Shown here: positions 1-7,382 of the stretch, one piece after another
Layout of the letters: each line of letters opens with the position of its first letter
How positions within the stretch are numbered: position 1 is the stretch's first letter
Assembly: GCA_035758565.1 (NCBI GenBank)
Contig: DASTXL010000002.1
Span: 147,118 to 211,117, forward strand
DNA length: 64,000 nucleotides
From: Candidatus Saccharimonadales bacterium
GTDB taxonomy: Bacteria; Patescibacteriota; Saccharimonadia; Saccharimonadales; UBA10212
Direction: 5' to 3'
Translations under genes and position numbers: made by a program
The notes under the pieces: model-generated
The model's input: the letters and a program-made list of their open reading frames with translations, nothing else
Databases searched by the model: none
What the model was told of the DNA's origin: nothing

Positions 1-100
1 CAATAAGGCAACAGTTTCACAGAGTAGTTTCATGCTCGGGACGGTGAACAGTCAACAAAATTTCGGCGTCAGCCGACAGAAAGTCTACCACTAGATAAGC

Positions 101-625
101 ATGGCAGAGGAAGAAAATAATTGGGTATACCATTCTAGTGAGAGCGGCACCTCCACCAAGAAGAAATCGCAACCAGTAAGTTGGGAAGCCTCCGAGTATA
201 TCGACCACAAGCAAGGTCCGTTATGGTTCTTGGCGCTTAGCGTGGGAACGGCGATTATCGCGGCCGGAATATATATTTGGACCAAGGATTATTTTGCCAC
301 TGGAGCTATCATAGCGGTGGGCGTAATTGCTGGAGTTTTTGCCCATCAAACTCCTAGAAAGCTGAGCTATGGGTTATCTGGCAACACCTTAACAATCGGC
401 GATAAAGAATATCATCTGTCGGAGTTTAAGTCGTTTTCTATCATCGAAGAGGGAGCAATCAGCAGCGTAGAGTTGACACCACTCAAAAGGTTTATGCCGC
501 CCCTGTCTGCTTTTTTTGAAACTAAAGATCAAGATAAAATTATTGACGCTTTGGCGGATTATCTCCCCTACGAAGACAAAGAACTCGATGGAGTTGAACG
601 CCTTAGTCGCCGCCTCCGCTTCTAG
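101..625 (+). CDS. hypothetical membrane protein (two central TM helices, small soluble C-terminal domain)
   Basis: 174-aa ORF. Hydrophobic segments LWFLALSVGTAIIAAGIYIW and GAIIAVGVIAGVF. No catalytic motif recognised. Confidence 0.55.
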   Translation: MAEEENNWVYHSSESGTSTKKKSQPVSWEASEYIDHKQGPLWFLALSVGTAIIAAGIYIWTKDYFATGAIIAVGVIAGVFAHQTPRKLSYGLSGNTLTIGDKEYHLSEFKSFSIIEEGAISSVELTPLKRFMPPLSAFFETKDQDKIIDALADYLPYEDKELDGVERLSRRLRF

Positions 626-692
626 ACTGGCAATTACCCCTGTTATCTGCTAAAATTATCCATTGTACTAAAGGATTCCTATTGTACAACAA

Positions 693-726
693 GGGGTCCC
701 CGGCAAAGCTTGCCTTTGTTGGGGTA
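693..726 (+). repeat. hairpin module A (GGGGT-CCCC...GGGG-TA)
   Basis: GGGGT, then CCCCGGCAAAG / CTTTGTTGGGG forming an 11-bp stem (two G-U pairs) with loop CTTGC, then TA. Shares GGGGTCCCC and TTTGT(N)GGGGTA with module B at 958-988. Confidence 0.5.
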
Positions 727-859
727 AAGGAGGAACGTAGCCTCAAGTCATTATTTTGCTGGGCAAAATTAGACAGAGGCGCAAGTTCCGACGCGCGCGT
801 GTAGCTCAGGTAGCTCAGACAGGACAATCGCGTCGAGCTTGCGGTTCAGCACTTTTGAA

Positions 860-934
860 GTCCTCATAGTTCAATGGATAGAACACTGGCTTGCGGAGCC
901 GGCGATAGAGGTTCGAATCCTCTTGAGGGCACCA
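860..934 (+). tRNA. tRNA-Arg (anticodon GCG), CCA encoded
   Basis: Manual cloverleaf. Acceptor GTCCTCA/TGAGGGC. D-stem GTTC/GAAC. Anticodon stem CTGGC/GCCGG with loop TTGCGGA (GCG at 893-895). T-arm AGAGG-TTCGAAT-CCTCT. Discriminator A plus CCA. Confidence 0.85.
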
Positions 935-957
935 AAATTGCTGAACTAGCCGAAGTT

Positions 958-988
958 GGGGTCCCCACAAAATATATTTTGTGGGGTA
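958..988 (+). repeat. hairpin module B (GGGGT-CCCC...GGGG-TA)
   Basis: GGGGT followed by the perfect 24-nt palindrome CCCCACAAAATATATTTTGTGGGG, then TA. Related at both ends to module A. Confidence 0.5.
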
Positions 989-1033
989 TTTGTGTCGTAG
1001 GTTCAAATCCTGCCACGCGTACCAACTTAAAAC

Positions 1034-1056
1034 CACCTCATCTCGAGGTGATTTTT
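1034..1056 (+). terminator. Rho-independent terminator after the tRNA locus
   Basis: CACCTC-atctc-GAGGTG hairpin followed by ATTTTT. Confidence 0.6.
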
Positions 1057-1070
1057 AATTTAGAATTACG

Positions 1071-1211
1071 CTACTCGTTGACGCCCAGCGCGGCGTGAGC
1101 AGCATCAACGTCGCTGTCGTAAATGCCGTCAACTACTATAATCTTTTTGCCTTCTTTAATAAACGCACGCCAATGATCTTCGGATTCTTTGCGAACTATA
1201 ATCTTTCCCAT
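1071..1211 (-). CDS. small hypothetical protein (46 aa)
   Basis: Not in the ORF track (under 60 aa). ATG at 1211-1209 preceded by a strong GGAGGAG Shine-Dalgarno. Translation MGKIIVRKESEDHWRAFIKEGKKIIVVDGIYDSDVDAAHAALGVNE. Stop at 1073-1071. Confidence 0.4.
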   Translation of the reverse strand: MGKIIVRKESEDHWRAFIKEGKKIIVVDGIYDSDVDAAHAALGVNE

Positions 1212-1324
1212 AACTCCTCCAAAAAGTTAGTGCGCTATCTACTATCTAAGATAAGCGTACCTGCCGCCGTAAAATTTTTATCATTGAGCTTTACCTAGCG
1301 TGCTGCTAAACTGTGGCGTGATTC

Positions 1325-2092
1325 ATGCCGGCAAAGATAAGAGCAGTGTTTCTAAAACAATCCGGTGAGCTACTGGAAGATGAGAGAGTTGGCGGGCATT
1401 GGCGGGCAGCCGTCAAAGTGGCCGCTAAAATTGCGAATGCTCATCGCAAATTAAACGAGTTACATGTCAGCGGCTTAACCGTAGTTATTGGGGCGGGCAA
1501 CATAGCCCGTGGTAATACCCTTAAAGCGCAGGGTTTGGCCGATAAATACGCCGACGCAATTGGGCGCTGGGGAACGATCGGCAACGCCATGGTTTTGGTG
1601 GGCGCCCTAGAGGCCGCTAAAGTGCCGGTCGAGGTGCTAATAACCGCGAACATGCAGTACCAAGATCCGAAGTTTTCTTTCGACAGCTACAGCCCTCAAA
1701 AAGTACTAGCCGCCCATCGCCGGGGAAAAATAGTAGTGATTGCCGGAGGAACCGGCGAAGATAACGTGACAACAGATAATGCCGTAGCCTTTTATGCCAA
1801 GGACTTTCGGAAAGTGTTCGACGGCGAAATTGCAGTGCTCAAAGGCACTAAATATGACGGCGTTTACGATAAAGATCCAGCCAAAAATAAGGATGCTAAA
1901 AAATATCCGACCATTAGTGCCAAATTTATGCGTGATAACTACGAACAGTTCAAAGTTGTTGATAAAAGAAGCTTAGACCAGCTCATTGATGGGGATTTAA
2001 CCATGCTCATTTATAGCGAACCCCTTCACCCGCTAGAAAAAGTATTGGCTCTTAAAGATTATCAAATTGGCACCCTGGTCACGCCAGACTAA
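1325..2092 (+). CDS. pyrH: UMP kinase-like amino-acid-kinase family protein (divergent)
   Basis: VVIGAGNIARG matches the PyrH GGGNxxRG motif. KIVVIAGGTGEDNVTTDNAVAFYA matches GTGNPxxTTD. YDGVYDKDPAKNKDAKKY matches VDGVYxxDP. Confidence 0.65.
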   Translation: MPAKIRAVFLKQSGELLEDERVGGHWRAAVKVAAKIANAHRKLNELHVSGLTVVIGAGNIARGNTLKAQGLADKYADAIGRWGTIGNAMVLVGALEAAKVPVEVLITANMQYQDPKFSFDSYSPQKVLAAHRRGKIVVIAGGTGEDNVTTDNAVAFYAKDFRKVFDGEIAVLKGTKYDGVYDKDPAKNKDAKKYPTISAKFMRDNYEQFKVVDKRSLDQLIDGDLTMLIYSEPLHPLEKVLALKDYQIGTLVTPD

Positions 2093-2505
2093 GAAGTTTT
2101 GGGCTCTACTTTAGAGGTGCAGAATTGGCAGCGAGAGGCCTTTCTAGGGATGACTCCAAAGCAGTATGGACATTTTCGAGTAGTGGGCTCTGGGGTTTCT
2201 TTAGTGCGCATAGCTAGCTCGCTTAATTTGTTGATGGGCTGCACTACAAAGAAGAAAACAACAAACGCGATTACTAAAAACGACACCAGCACATTAATGA
2301 AGTCACCATAATGAAATACGTGGTTCTTGCCAATAGCAAAAGTTGCCGAAGCAAAACCATCGGCGCCGTTAACTGGCAAAATTGGCGTAATAATATCTTT
2401 AACTAAAGCCTGAACAACACCGTTAAAAGCCGAGCCGATAACAACACCGACGGCTAGGTCAATAACGTTTCCGCGGAGGATAAACTTTTTAAATTCGTTA
2501 AACAT
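2089..2505 (-). CDS. mscL: large-conductance mechanosensitive channel MscL with C-terminal zinc-ribbon extension
   Basis: N-terminus MFNEFKKFILRGNVIDLAVGVVIGSAFNGVV is the MscL signature. The C-terminus carries CPYC...x12...CQFC. Confidence 0.9.
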   Translation of the reverse strand: MFNEFKKFILRGNVIDLAVGVVIGSAFNGVVQALVKDIITPILPVNGADGFASATFAIGKNHVFHYGDFINVLVSFLVIAFVVFFFVVQPINKLSELAMRTKETPEPTTRKCPYCFGVIPRKASRCQFCTSKVEPKTS

Positions 2506-2557
2506 TAACTACTCCTTATCCATCAATTAAACCAGCAATTAGGGCTCTAGCAAAGAG

Positions 2558-3622
2558 TTAGGGATTTAATTGGCGCCGCGCTTCGGACTGAGAGTTTTTG
2601 TTCATGGCCGCGGCTTTGCTACCCGATCTGTTGCTGATCCAAGTAAAAATATTTTCCGAGAAAATAAACACTAGCGCCAGCAGCAGATAAACAGTGCCGC
2701 AAACCACAAAGCTCTTGTCAATTGGATGGGTTAGATCCGTAATAACGCTGCGCACCTCTGTTTGGGTAACATTGTTCGAGATTTTAATATTCGGCACCAC
2801 TGCTTTCTTAACGACTTCGTCGAAACCCCAGCCAAAAGCCAGCGTCAAGATTCCGGCTACGGCCAACGCGAGGCCCACCCGTCGAAGGCCACGGCCTCGA
2901 GTTGAACTTAGCATTACTATGGCAATGGCCAGTAAAATGACCAGGGCTGCTAGGTAGTAAGGTGCCTTTTTGAAGTGCTGGTATCTGTTCGGCAAATTCC
3001 GCAGTTGGTCACTAAAAATGCTTTGATTAGAATTAGAGCTTTTAACGCTACTGGCTGTTACGTCGGATTGGCCCAGGTAGTCTTGGTTGTTAGCAATCTG
3101 TGATTTAACCTGAGTGGCAATTTGTAAGGGGCTTACCCCGGGCGGCAAACAGCTGGCATTTATAACATCGGTAGAAATCCGTGATAACGACGTACAGGTT
3201 GGCAGGGTTGCGGCTCTTTGCTCAATAACCAAAGAAATGTTGTTGGCTAATTTGTCTTTGGGACCCGCTAGGCTGATGTTGAAGTTCGGAGTCTGAGTTT
3301 TACCGTTCAACCAGGCGTAAATACTATCTATAATCTTGTCGGCGTCGCCCTGGACTTCAGTGGGTGTTAGCGAAGATTCGGCAGCGGATTTGATCTGAGG
3401 ATCGTTCAGAGGAATATTGCCAACCGATGTCGAAATGCTCTGCGTTTGCGCTAAAGCATTTGGAACGATTGTTTTATAAATTCCGCTATCGGCCAGTGCC
3501 TTTTTGACGTTGGCAGAGTTACCAGCCGTATGGTTAATACCTATGCTTATGGCTAAGCTAAGCAGGGTCAGAGTCAGCAAGCTAGTAAAGCTAGCTACCA
3601 GGCTTTTTCGAATGAAGCTCAT
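2558..3622 (-). CDS. hypothetical polytopic membrane protein with large extracytoplasmic loop
   Basis: 354-aa ORF. N-terminal TM (LLTLTLLSLAISIGI) and a C-terminal cluster of TM helices. No motif recognised. Confidence 0.6.
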   Translation of the reverse strand: MSFIRKSLVASFTSLLTLTLLSLAISIGINHTAGNSANVKKALADSGIYKTIVPNALAQTQSISTSVGNIPLNDPQIKSAAESSLTPTEVQGDADKIIDSIYAWLNGKTQTPNFNISLAGPKDKLANNISLVIEQRAATLPTCTSLSRISTDVINASCLPPGVSPLQIATQVKSQIANNQDYLGQSDVTASSVKSSNSNQSIFSDQLRNLPNRYQHFKKAPYYLAALVILLAIAIVMLSSTRGRGLRRVGLALAVAGILTLAFGWGFDEVVKKAVVPNIKISNNVTQTEVRSVITDLTHPIDKSFVVCGTVYLLLALVFIFSENIFTWISNRSGSKAAAMNKNSQSEARRQLNP

Positions 3623-3693
3623 AGCGCTTATTGTAGCTTAAGGCTAGTGACTTATGGCAAAAAAAGCTTTAAAATTCCCCTGTTAGCCAGCTT

Positions 3694-3783
<90 letters not shown>

Positions 3784-3869
3784 ATAAAAATTCCTCGGCC
3801 GGCAGGTCGGGGTATTTTTATTGCTGAAAGTACGGCTCGGTTCCTCGGGCGGCTGCTTTAGCAGGCGCA

Positions 3870-3965
3870 ACCGAGGGTTCGTTGGAACGAAAGCACGCGC
3901 AGGAATTTATTTTGAGCATGCTTGAGTGGAGAAGGACGCAGTCCGCTATCCCTCCCTCTCCGCCA
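3870..3965 (+). repeat. partial second copy of the tRNA-Ser 3' end, split by a 66-nt insertion in the T-loop
   Basis: ACCGAGGGTTCG (3870-3881) equals 3753-3764. ATCCCTCCCTCTCCGCCA (3948-3965) equals 3766-3783. Unrelated sequence lies between (3882-3947). Confidence 0.7.
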
Positions 3966-3968
3966 TTA

Positions 3969-4280
3969 TTAGAATGTGAAATCACGCATAGCGTAAAAGA
4001 AAAATACAGAGAAAAGAACGATGGTAATTAGCACAGTTACGATTATAAGATTGGCTGCATTCGCCAAGTGATCCACTAAGCGTTTCTTAGCAAATTTATT
4101 CTTACGCCATTTTTTTATCCCAACCACAGAGGTCACAAAGGCGGTGGTAAAAAATATCCACGAAATTGTTTGCAATATCCAGCTTATTTCGTTGCTCGTA
4201 TTAATGCCTATCCTATCTGCCGCCCAATAAGCCAAGGTGAGTTGTAGTATTGCCAATATAGCCAGTTGATTACTGCTCAT
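3969..4280 (-). CDS. hypothetical small membrane protein (3 TM)
   Basis: 103-aa ORF with three hydrophobic helices and a basic loop KKWRKNKFAKKR. Confidence 0.5.
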   Translation of the reverse strand: MSSNQLAILAILQLTLAYWAADRIGINTSNEISWILQTISWIFFTTAFVTSVVGIKKWRKNKFAKKRLVDHLANAANLIIVTVLITIVLFSVFFFYAMRDFTF

Positions 4281-4296
4281 AAGTCGGATTATATAG

Positions 4297-4986
4297 CTAT
4301 AAGCGTTTTGCGAAAACTAATGCGTCTACCGATTTTGCTCCGGCTTTTCGTAACACGCTTGTCGCCTCGCGAATAGTCGCGCCGGTAGTTAAAACATCGT
4401 CAACTAAAAGAATGTTGCGCCCCGTTATTTTTTGAGGGTTTGAAATATAAAAAGCTTTTTGCAACTGCTTGATCCTATCTGAACGCCTAGCGCCAACTTG
4501 ACGGGATTGCCCGACGCGCTTAAGGCAGGGCATGGACTTAAAGCCTAAGTTGTCGGCCAGAGTACGGGCCAGTAGGGAGCAGTGATCAAAACTTCTTTCT
4601 CGAACGCGCGCCGTGGCTGTAGGCACCGGCACTATGACATAGTCCAGGTTCGCAAATGCACCGTTAATATAAGGCTGAGCAGAATTAGTCATAATGGTGG
4701 CGATTTCTCGAACTGCCGTGCGAAGGTGTTTAAATTTATAAGCTTGAATTAGTTGCTGCGCTACACCATCGTAATCGGTAGCTATAATGACGTGCCTAGG
4801 AGAGCCGGCCTGGCAGCGCTTGCAGCTGCGTGCAAGCGGACTGAGCGCACCGCAGTTGTAGCATCGCTCGCCAAAAGGAACGATGTTAGCCTCCAGGCAG
4901 GGCTCGCATAAACTAGCGCCTTCGGCGCCGCAGCCCACGCAATCGGGCGGCGCCAACCACCCAATAACTCTTTCCAAAACGCTCAT
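4297..4986 (-). CDS. comFC: ComF-family phosphoribosyltransferase (competence protein ComFC-like)
   Basis: N-terminal four-Cys pairs CVGCG...CEPC...CYNCG...CKRC. C-terminal PRTase motif ILLVDDVLTTGAT. Confidence 0.85.
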   Translation of the reverse strand: MSVLERVIGWLAPPDCVGCGAEGASLCEPCLEANIVPFGERCYNCGALSPLARSCKRCQAGSPRHVIIATDYDGVAQQLIQAYKFKHLRTAVREIATIMTNSAQPYINGAFANLDYVIVPVPTATARVRERSFDHCSLLARTLADNLGFKSMPCLKRVGQSRQVGARRSDRIKQLQKAFYISNPQKITGRNILLVDDVLTTGATIREATSVLRKAGAKSVDALVFAKRL

Positions 4987-5030
4987 GCCACTGTTGTAAT
5001 TCTTCTGTTGTTAAAGTTCATGGTAACATA

Positions 5031-5059
5031 TTGTAACCCGATAATGCCTAAGCTATACT
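5031..5059 (+). promoter_or_regulatory. candidate sigma70-type promoter for hsp20
   Basis: TTGTAA (5031-5036), 17-nt spacer, TATACT (5054-5059). About 95 nt upstream of the hsp20 ATG. Confidence 0.35.
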
Positions 5060-5155
5060 AGCATTAACACAAAGATGCAAATCTAAAGATAAACGCACCT
5101 GGCTCAAAGTGCATTCATCTTTACACCTAATAATTAATTTCGGAGGGAGATAAAA

Positions 5156-5632
5156 ATGGCTCGAGGTAGCCGACAACAGCAAGATGATCTTTTGATGGGC
5201 GATGATATCACCGCCGCTTTCCTAAGCGAGGATGAGATTATCGACGACCCAGCAGCAGCTGCCGCTCCAGCCGCTGTCGACGCCGAGTGGGACGAAGAAG
5301 AGCCGGTAGCAGGCCAGCTGGCGGTTGACGTTTATGAAACTAAAGAAAAGCTGGTCGTTAAGGGCCGCGTTGCCGGCGTTAACAAAAGCGAACTAGATGT
5401 TAGCATCTCTGACAATACTTTGACTATTCGCGGCACACTGAGCGCCGGTAGCGAAGATAACGTTGAGAATTATTTCTTGCAAGAATGCTATTGGGGCGAG
5501 TTTAGCCGCAGCATCGTTCTGCCGGTGGCCGTCAAAGAAGACGAGATCGAAGCAGTCCTTAAAGATGGCGTCTTAACCGTCAGCTTTGCTAAGCAAAAGC
5601 AAGATACCGTCAAAAAGATCCAAGTTCTTTAA
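5156..5632 (+). CDS. Hsp20/alpha-crystallin family small heat-shock protein
   Basis: Alpha-crystallin domain: LAVDVYETKEKLVVKGRVAGVNKSELDVSISDNTLTIRG ... GEFSRSIVLP ... AVLKDGVLTVSFAK. GGAGGGAG SD upstream. Confidence 0.9.
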   Translation: MARGSRQQQDDLLMGDDITAAFLSEDEIIDDPAAAAAPAAVDAEWDEEEPVAGQLAVDVYETKEKLVVKGRVAGVNKSELDVSISDNTLTIRGTLSAGSEDNVENYFLQECYWGEFSRSIVLPVAVKEDEIEAVLKDGVLTVSFAKQKQDTVKKIQVL

Positions 5633-5658
5633 TCCTAAGTTTTAGGGGCAGAATAAAT

Positions 5659-5687
5659 AATCCCGAATTAACCGGGATTATTTTTTT
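5659..5687. terminator. bidirectional terminator between hsp20 and the pilin array
   Basis: ATCCCG-aattaac-CGGGAT hairpin flanked by an A-run upstream and TTTTTTT downstream. Confidence 0.55.
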
Positions 5688-5695
5688 AGGCTAGT

Positions 5696-6103
5696 TTAGC
5701 CGGTAATGTTTTTGATAGTGAAGTGTACCAGCAATTGCGATAAAGCCACGATAACCAAGCCGATGATGGCATAAAGAATCGTATTTTTAGCACTAGTTAC
5801 GCTAGAATCGCTGCCACCACTCGTCACATAGCGGAAGCCGCCAAAAATTATCATTATGACAGCCACCACTCCAACTACAGCCGATAAGAGGTTGACTATG
5901 TGGTGGACAAGGTCCTGGATGCTATTGCTGGCCTGGCCAACATTGCCACAGGATGCGTCGGGCGTTGACTGGGGGAACTTTAGGTTAGAGCCGCATTCTA
6001 AACCGTTATTAATAGTTTGCTGAACGGTTTGGGCCGACACAAGGCCGCCCACTCCGAGGAGTAGCGAAAAGCCGAACATCAGGGCAATCAGTTTAGCCTT
6101 CAT
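5696..6103 (-). CDS. TrbC/VirB2-like T4SS pilin paralogue P1
   Basis: Signal peptide MKAKLIALMFGFSLLLGVGGLVSA. Variable Cys-containing mature N-region. Conserved C-terminal helix-loop-helix VVAVIMIIFGGFRYVTSGGSDSSVTSAKNTILYAIIGLVIVALSQ. Confidence 0.75.
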   Translation of the reverse strand: MKAKLIALMFGFSLLLGVGGLVSAQTVQQTINNGLECGSNLKFPQSTPDASCGNVGQASNSIQDLVHHIVNLLSAVVGVVAVIMIIFGGFRYVTSGGSDSSVTSAKNTILYAIIGLVIVALSQLLVHFTIKNITG

Positions 6104-6121
6104 GCTTTATATTATAGTCTT

Positions 6122-6550
6122 TTAGGACGTAGCTTGGCTAATTACGAAGTGAACAATGACTTGGGCGATGGCGACAATTACTAAGCCGATGATGGCGTAG
6201 ATAATCGCGTTTTTAGCCGTTTTGACACCACCTTCGCTACCAGCACTGGTAACATAACGAAAGCCAGCGTAGATAATCATGACAACTGCCACAATGCCGA
6301 TAAGGGCTGAAAATACGTTAAGGATAGTTTTAATCTTGCCGCTTAAGCTGTTGCTGTCAGTCGTACAGTCGCTAGTTGCTCCTGGACTGGCAGTCCCGCT
6401 CAAATTGAAGTTGCTACCGGCACACAAATTGCCATTAATAGTCTGTTGCTGAGTGCTCTGAGCATAGCTAACCGCTGGCGCTAACACCGGCGCCGCAAAG
6501 ACGGCTAGCAGGCTGATAGCCATCACTAGGTTTTTGATTTTTTGGATCAT
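6122..6550 (-). CDS. TrbC/VirB2-like T4SS pilin paralogue P2
   Basis: Signal peptide MIQKIKNLVMAISLLAVFAAPVLA. C-terminal IVAVVMIIYAGFRYVTSAGSEGGVKTAKNAIIYAIIGLVIVAIAQ, nearly identical in pattern to P1 and P3. Confidence 0.75.
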   Translation of the reverse strand: MIQKIKNLVMAISLLAVFAAPVLAPAVSYAQSTQQQTINGNLCAGSNFNLSGTASPGATSDCTTDSNSLSGKIKTILNVFSALIGIVAVVMIIYAGFRYVTSAGSEGGVKTAKNAIIYAIIGLVIVAIAQVIVHFVISQATS

Positions 6551-6607
6551 TTTAGAATAGTTCCTTTATTACTGCTTTTAACTTATATCTAAGCATAAGA
6601 AGTGTCA

Positions 6608-6909
6608 ACCCAGCACCTAGCATCAATATTGGTAAAATCGCCTCATGTACTCTCTCTATCTGCTAAGGAGCCTTGAGACGAAAGAGTTTTACGTTGGTGC
6701 AACCCTGACTTAAGAGGCGATTTTACTCACACAACGCCTGTAAGAATATCGCCACCAAACACGGAGCACCTTTGAGGTTGGTTTATTATGAGGCATACTC
6801 GACTAAGACAGACGCCGTTCGAAGAGAAGCTAGACTGAAGCAATACGGCCAGGCTCTACGCCAAATCAAGGCCAGAATAACCTTAGTCGATTGATGCTAG
6901 GTGCTGGGT
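6608..6909. mobile_element. 302-bp element bounded by perfect 20-bp terminal inverted repeats, carrying a decayed GIY-YIG gene
   Basis: ACCCAGCACCTAGCATCAAT (6608-6627) is the exact reverse complement of ATTGATGCTAGGTGCTGGGT (6890-6909). It lies in the only large gap of the pilin array. Confidence 0.6.
6645..6894 (+). pseudogene. GIY-YIG nuclease-family mini-gene, frameshifted
   Basis: Frame 1 (6645-6713) gives MYSLYLLRSLETKEFYVGATLT*. A shifted frame (6709-6894) gives LKRRFYSHNACKNIATKHGAPLRLVYYEAYSTKTDAVRREARLKQYGQALRQIKARITLVD*. Together these resemble the small stand-alone GIY-YIG (URI-domain) proteins, with a 1-nt frame disruption near 6708-6711. Confidence 0.6.
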
Positions 6910-6922
6910 CAATAAGCTTATG

Positions 6923-7375
6923 CTAGTGGAGATTGGCGTTGGATGACTGGTCATAACCCGAGGCTGGCGGACTGGCGTCGGCGGTAGAAGATACATTGGC
7001 GATGACAAAATGAACGATTATTTGAGCCATGGCGACAATAAGCAGACCAATCATGGCGTAAATAATGCCGCTTTTAGCGGCCTTGACAGAACCCTCGCTG
7101 CCCGCACCAGCCACCAGCCTAAAGCCGGCGATGACAATCATAATTACGGCCGCTACGCCGGCGACTGCCGACAAAACATTTAAGATGGTCTTTATGGTGT
7201 TAGCAATGGTATTCCCCGGGTCGCTCGGCGCACCTTTTTGGCCAGCAGCCTGGTTAACACCCGACTGTATTGAGTCTTGAACGGCGTCAGCATAAACAAA
7301 AGATGGATTTACGGCCAAGCTTATTGGCAGCAGGGCGAGAACAGCGATAATAAGAGTCTTAATTTTGGTAATCAT
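6923..7375 (-). CDS. TrbC/VirB2-like T4SS pilin paralogue P3
   Basis: Signal peptide MITKIKTLIIAVLALLPISLAV. Core VAAVIMIVIAGFRLVAGAGSEGSVKAAKSGIIYAMIGLLIVAMAQ. Extra C-terminal tail TADASPPASGYDQSSNANLH. Confidence 0.75.
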   Translation of the reverse strand: MITKIKTLIIAVLALLPISLAVNPSFVYADAVQDSIQSGVNQAAGQKGAPSDPGNTIANTIKTILNVLSAVAGVAAVIMIVIAGFRLVAGAGSEGSVKAAKSGIIYAMIGLLIVAMAQIIVHFVIANVSSTADASPPASGYDQSSNANLH

Positions 7376-7382
7376 AAGCGTA

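Larger units (their letters stand above)
795..1024 (+). other. tRNA-like outer shell enclosing tRNA-Arg (5' acceptor and TAGCTCAG D-arm motif at 795-816; T-arm, 3' acceptor and ACCA at 997-1024)
   Basis: GCGCGTG (795-801) is complementary to CACGCGT (1014-1020; pair 1:72 is G-U), followed by ACCA. Canonical T-arm GTAGG-TTCAAAT-CCTGC at 997-1013. TAGCTCAGG is tandemly duplicated at 803-819. A 9-bp stem GGTTCAGCA (844-852) / TGCTGAACT (939-947) brackets the complete tRNA-Arg. I could not fold a standard D-arm or anticodon arm. Confidence 0.3.

Noticed and set aside
795-1024. tmRNA (ssrA) interpretation of the tRNA-like shell
   Set aside because: The acceptor stem lacks the G3:U70 alanine identity pair and the GGGG 5' end. 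I found no resume codon or tag reading frame ending in a hydrophobic tail plus stop. The span is too short once the embedded tRNA-Arg is subtracted.
603-1298. Track ORFs 603-827(-), 815-1036(-), 874-1098(+) and 1095-1298(+)
   Set aside because: They overlap the tRNA-Arg gene, the tRNA-like shell and the hairpin modules, and their sequences are low-complexity or unlikely. The 46-aa minus-strand ORF with a strong SD (1071-1211) explains the 1.1-1.2 kb region better.
5060-5155. Possible RNA thermometer in the hsp20 5' leader (imperfect pairing AAAGATG / CATCTTT and GCAC/GTGC)
   Set aside because: The pairings are short and do not sequester the GGAGGGAG Shine-Dalgarno or the start codon. No ROSE or fourU signature is present.
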